From: Octopus bimaculoides
Taxonomy: Eukaryota
NCBI RefSeq assembly: GCF_001194135.2
Contig: NC_068981.1
Coordinates: 188,056,847 to 188,120,846, forward strand
Direction of reading: 5' to 3'
Length of the DNA: 64,000 bases
A model generated the notes under the pieces. The model was given only the letters and a program-made list of their open reading frames with translations, was not told the origin of the DNA and ran no database searches. Made by a program: the position numbers and the translations under genes. Shown here piece after piece: positions 62,337 through 64,000 of this stretch. How positions within the stretch are numbered: position 1 is the stretch's first letter; each line of letters starts with the position of its first letter.

Positions 62337-63086
62337 AACAACAACATTGCGGTTCTGCCCGCTTTTACCATAGTCGTAGTAGGGGAGCAATGGTTAGTTA
62401 CTTCAGCCAGTCATGTAGTTTGACTGGCAGACACTATGGAATCTGTTGGAATGTCGCTAGCTGCGAAACTACGTGGTGGTCTTATATCATTCACGTTTTC
62501 GTTTTTGTTTATTGAGTTGGGAAGAAGGTTAATTTTCATTTTTTTAAATAAAGTTACAGTTACCAACCTTCTTTCTATGTTCTAGAAATGTTGCTGGTTG
62601 GCGTAGATGCTTCGCAGAAAATGATTTAATTCTGGATGCAGATCGTCCCAATATGATTTCAATCGATTCGTATAGCCAACAGTGGGGTTTTGCATCACTT
62701 TTTCGTAGCAGTCAAATAAATCATTATTTAATTCATAACTCCAAGAGAAATGAGTTTTGTAGTTACGATTTCTTCTATAATTACAGCTAGAAAGAATTTG
62801 TTCACCTGTTTGAGCTGTTTTTTTCATTCTGTTCTTCGATGGTGTTGTTGTTGATGTTGTGTTCAGTCATGTTGTTTGTAGTAATTCTCTGCATACTAAA
62901 TTCAAGTTTCAGTCGAAAAGCACTACGTTCGTGAATAAAAGGTTCTCTCAGTTAATTCATCCGAAGATTAACCAGTAATTTAACAAGGCTGATAGTTGTG
63001 ACTCCAAAGTTGGAGGTAGTGGTCATCGTATTTTCGATAGATAGTCTCCCGCGCCAAATATACGACTTGTCGCTTCGCGTATTGTA
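60602..63086 (-). mobile_element. R4/Dong-like non-LTR retrotransposon, near full span but RT domain deleted
   Basis: N-term FSWSYELN..YEK..GY..RLKSYW (62582-62827); CCHC CRLC..EDI..I.SSC, RQD, NRPDI, VEISC, K..EK..Y (60655-61197); the pre-RT region (..IDSFWRKIW) joins directly to the post-RT KSIQSAFECRI-like region near 61620. Confidence 0.85.
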
Positions 63087-63087
63087 C

Positions 63088-63136
63088 GTATGTATGTATG
63101 TATGTATGTATGTATGTATGTATGTATGTATGTATG
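63088..63136. repeat. (GTAT)n microsatellite flanking the R4-like 5' end
   Basis: Directly visible. Confidence 0.95.
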
Positions 63137-63179
63137 ACATTATTTAACTTTATTTCAAGTTTTGGAGTGGCTCTGTGGA

Positions 63180-63566
63180 GGCGCAGGAGTGGCTGTGTGG
63201 TAAGTAGATGGCTTACCAACCACATGGCTCCGGGTTCAGTCCCACTGCGTGGCACCTTGGACAAGTGTCTTCTACTATAGCCTCAGGCCGACCAAAGCGT
63301 TGTGAGTGGATTTGGTAGACGGAAACTGAAAAGAAGCCTGTCGTGTATGTGTATGTGTGTGTGTTTTTGTGTCTGTGTTTGTCCCCAACATCGCTCGACA
63401 ACCGATGCTGGTGTGTTTACGTCCCCGTAACTTAGCGGTTCGGCAAAAGAGACCGATAGAATAAGTACTAGGCTTACGAAGAATAAGTCCTGGGGTTGAT
63501 TTCTTCGACCAAAAAAGGCGATGCTCCAGCATGGCCGCAGTGAAATGACTGAAACAAGTAAAAGGG
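63180..63566 (+). mobile_element. SINE type A, full length
   Basis: Intact A-box and B-box, central TG tract, complete 3' half. Confidence 0.9.
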
Positions 63567-64000
63567 TAATAGAAAAAGAGCCGGTTTCTTACCTAGACCC
63601 AAGTCTCCTTGATTCGGATGTATCTATGTATTGAACGTCTAATATATTTAATTTACATAACCCCGGTAACGTCGGTTACTTTAATACTGTTGTTTTAAGT
63701 TGAACGCTAATAGTATTTGTTAGCACTTGTCGTTTGATCGGAAGTTTGAAATATCTTTTTCTTCCTGTTGTAAGACTTGATTTCTTACTTTGTTGTGGTG
63801 TTGACACAGACATGATATTTTCCCACCTCATTGTTCATCATCAATGTAAACGAAAATATACATGATATATTCTCTCATCTGAATTGTGTAGTAATTTATT
63901 TCGATGAATTATATGTTATTTCTTGGTTTGTGTATCTTTTATGTGTGCTATAAACTGTTGTTATCTCTTAAGACAGTAGGCGTTGATATTTCTTCAAGTG

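Noticed and set aside
62945-63085. HDV-like ribozyme in the R4-like 5' UTR (cUUCGg hairpin present)
   Set aside because: I could not assemble the nested pseudoknot or the catalytic J4/2 segment by eye; needs a descriptor search.

Overview
AT-rich, repeat-dense animal genomic DNA from a gapped draft assembly (10 N-runs, most abutting dinucleotide microsatellites). The tRNA-derived SINE families resemble those I recall from octopus, so a coleoid cephalopod origin is inferred, not proven. No intact long ORF, rRNA, tRNA or CRISPR array is present; most ORF-track entries are microsatellite or gap artefacts. Recognisable content: (i) four locally named SINE types (A-D) in many copies, several with clear target-site duplications; (ii) decayed DNA transposons (Chapaev/CMC-like, hATm-like, mariner, hAT and piggyBac-like MITEs, a Helentron-type element); (iii) decayed LINEs (CR1-like, R4/Dong-like RLE elements, a Penelope-like element with ~470-bp inverted termini); (iv) scattered plus-strand exon candidates, best supported by an MGSCASK first coding exon (47829-48108) whose phase-1 donor matches the only open frame of a 44-nt exon at 53207-53250. 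The most striking observation is a 368-bp near-perfect palindrome (45105-45472) carrying a complete type I hammerhead ribozyme core on each strand. A second hammerhead-like motif at 23909-23953 is likewise overlapped by an upstream antisense copy. An R4/Dong-like tandem pair sits inside (TACA)n repeats, and a cluster of full CRE palindromes follows the MGSCASK exon. All family assignments come from motif recognition by eye and need database confirmation.
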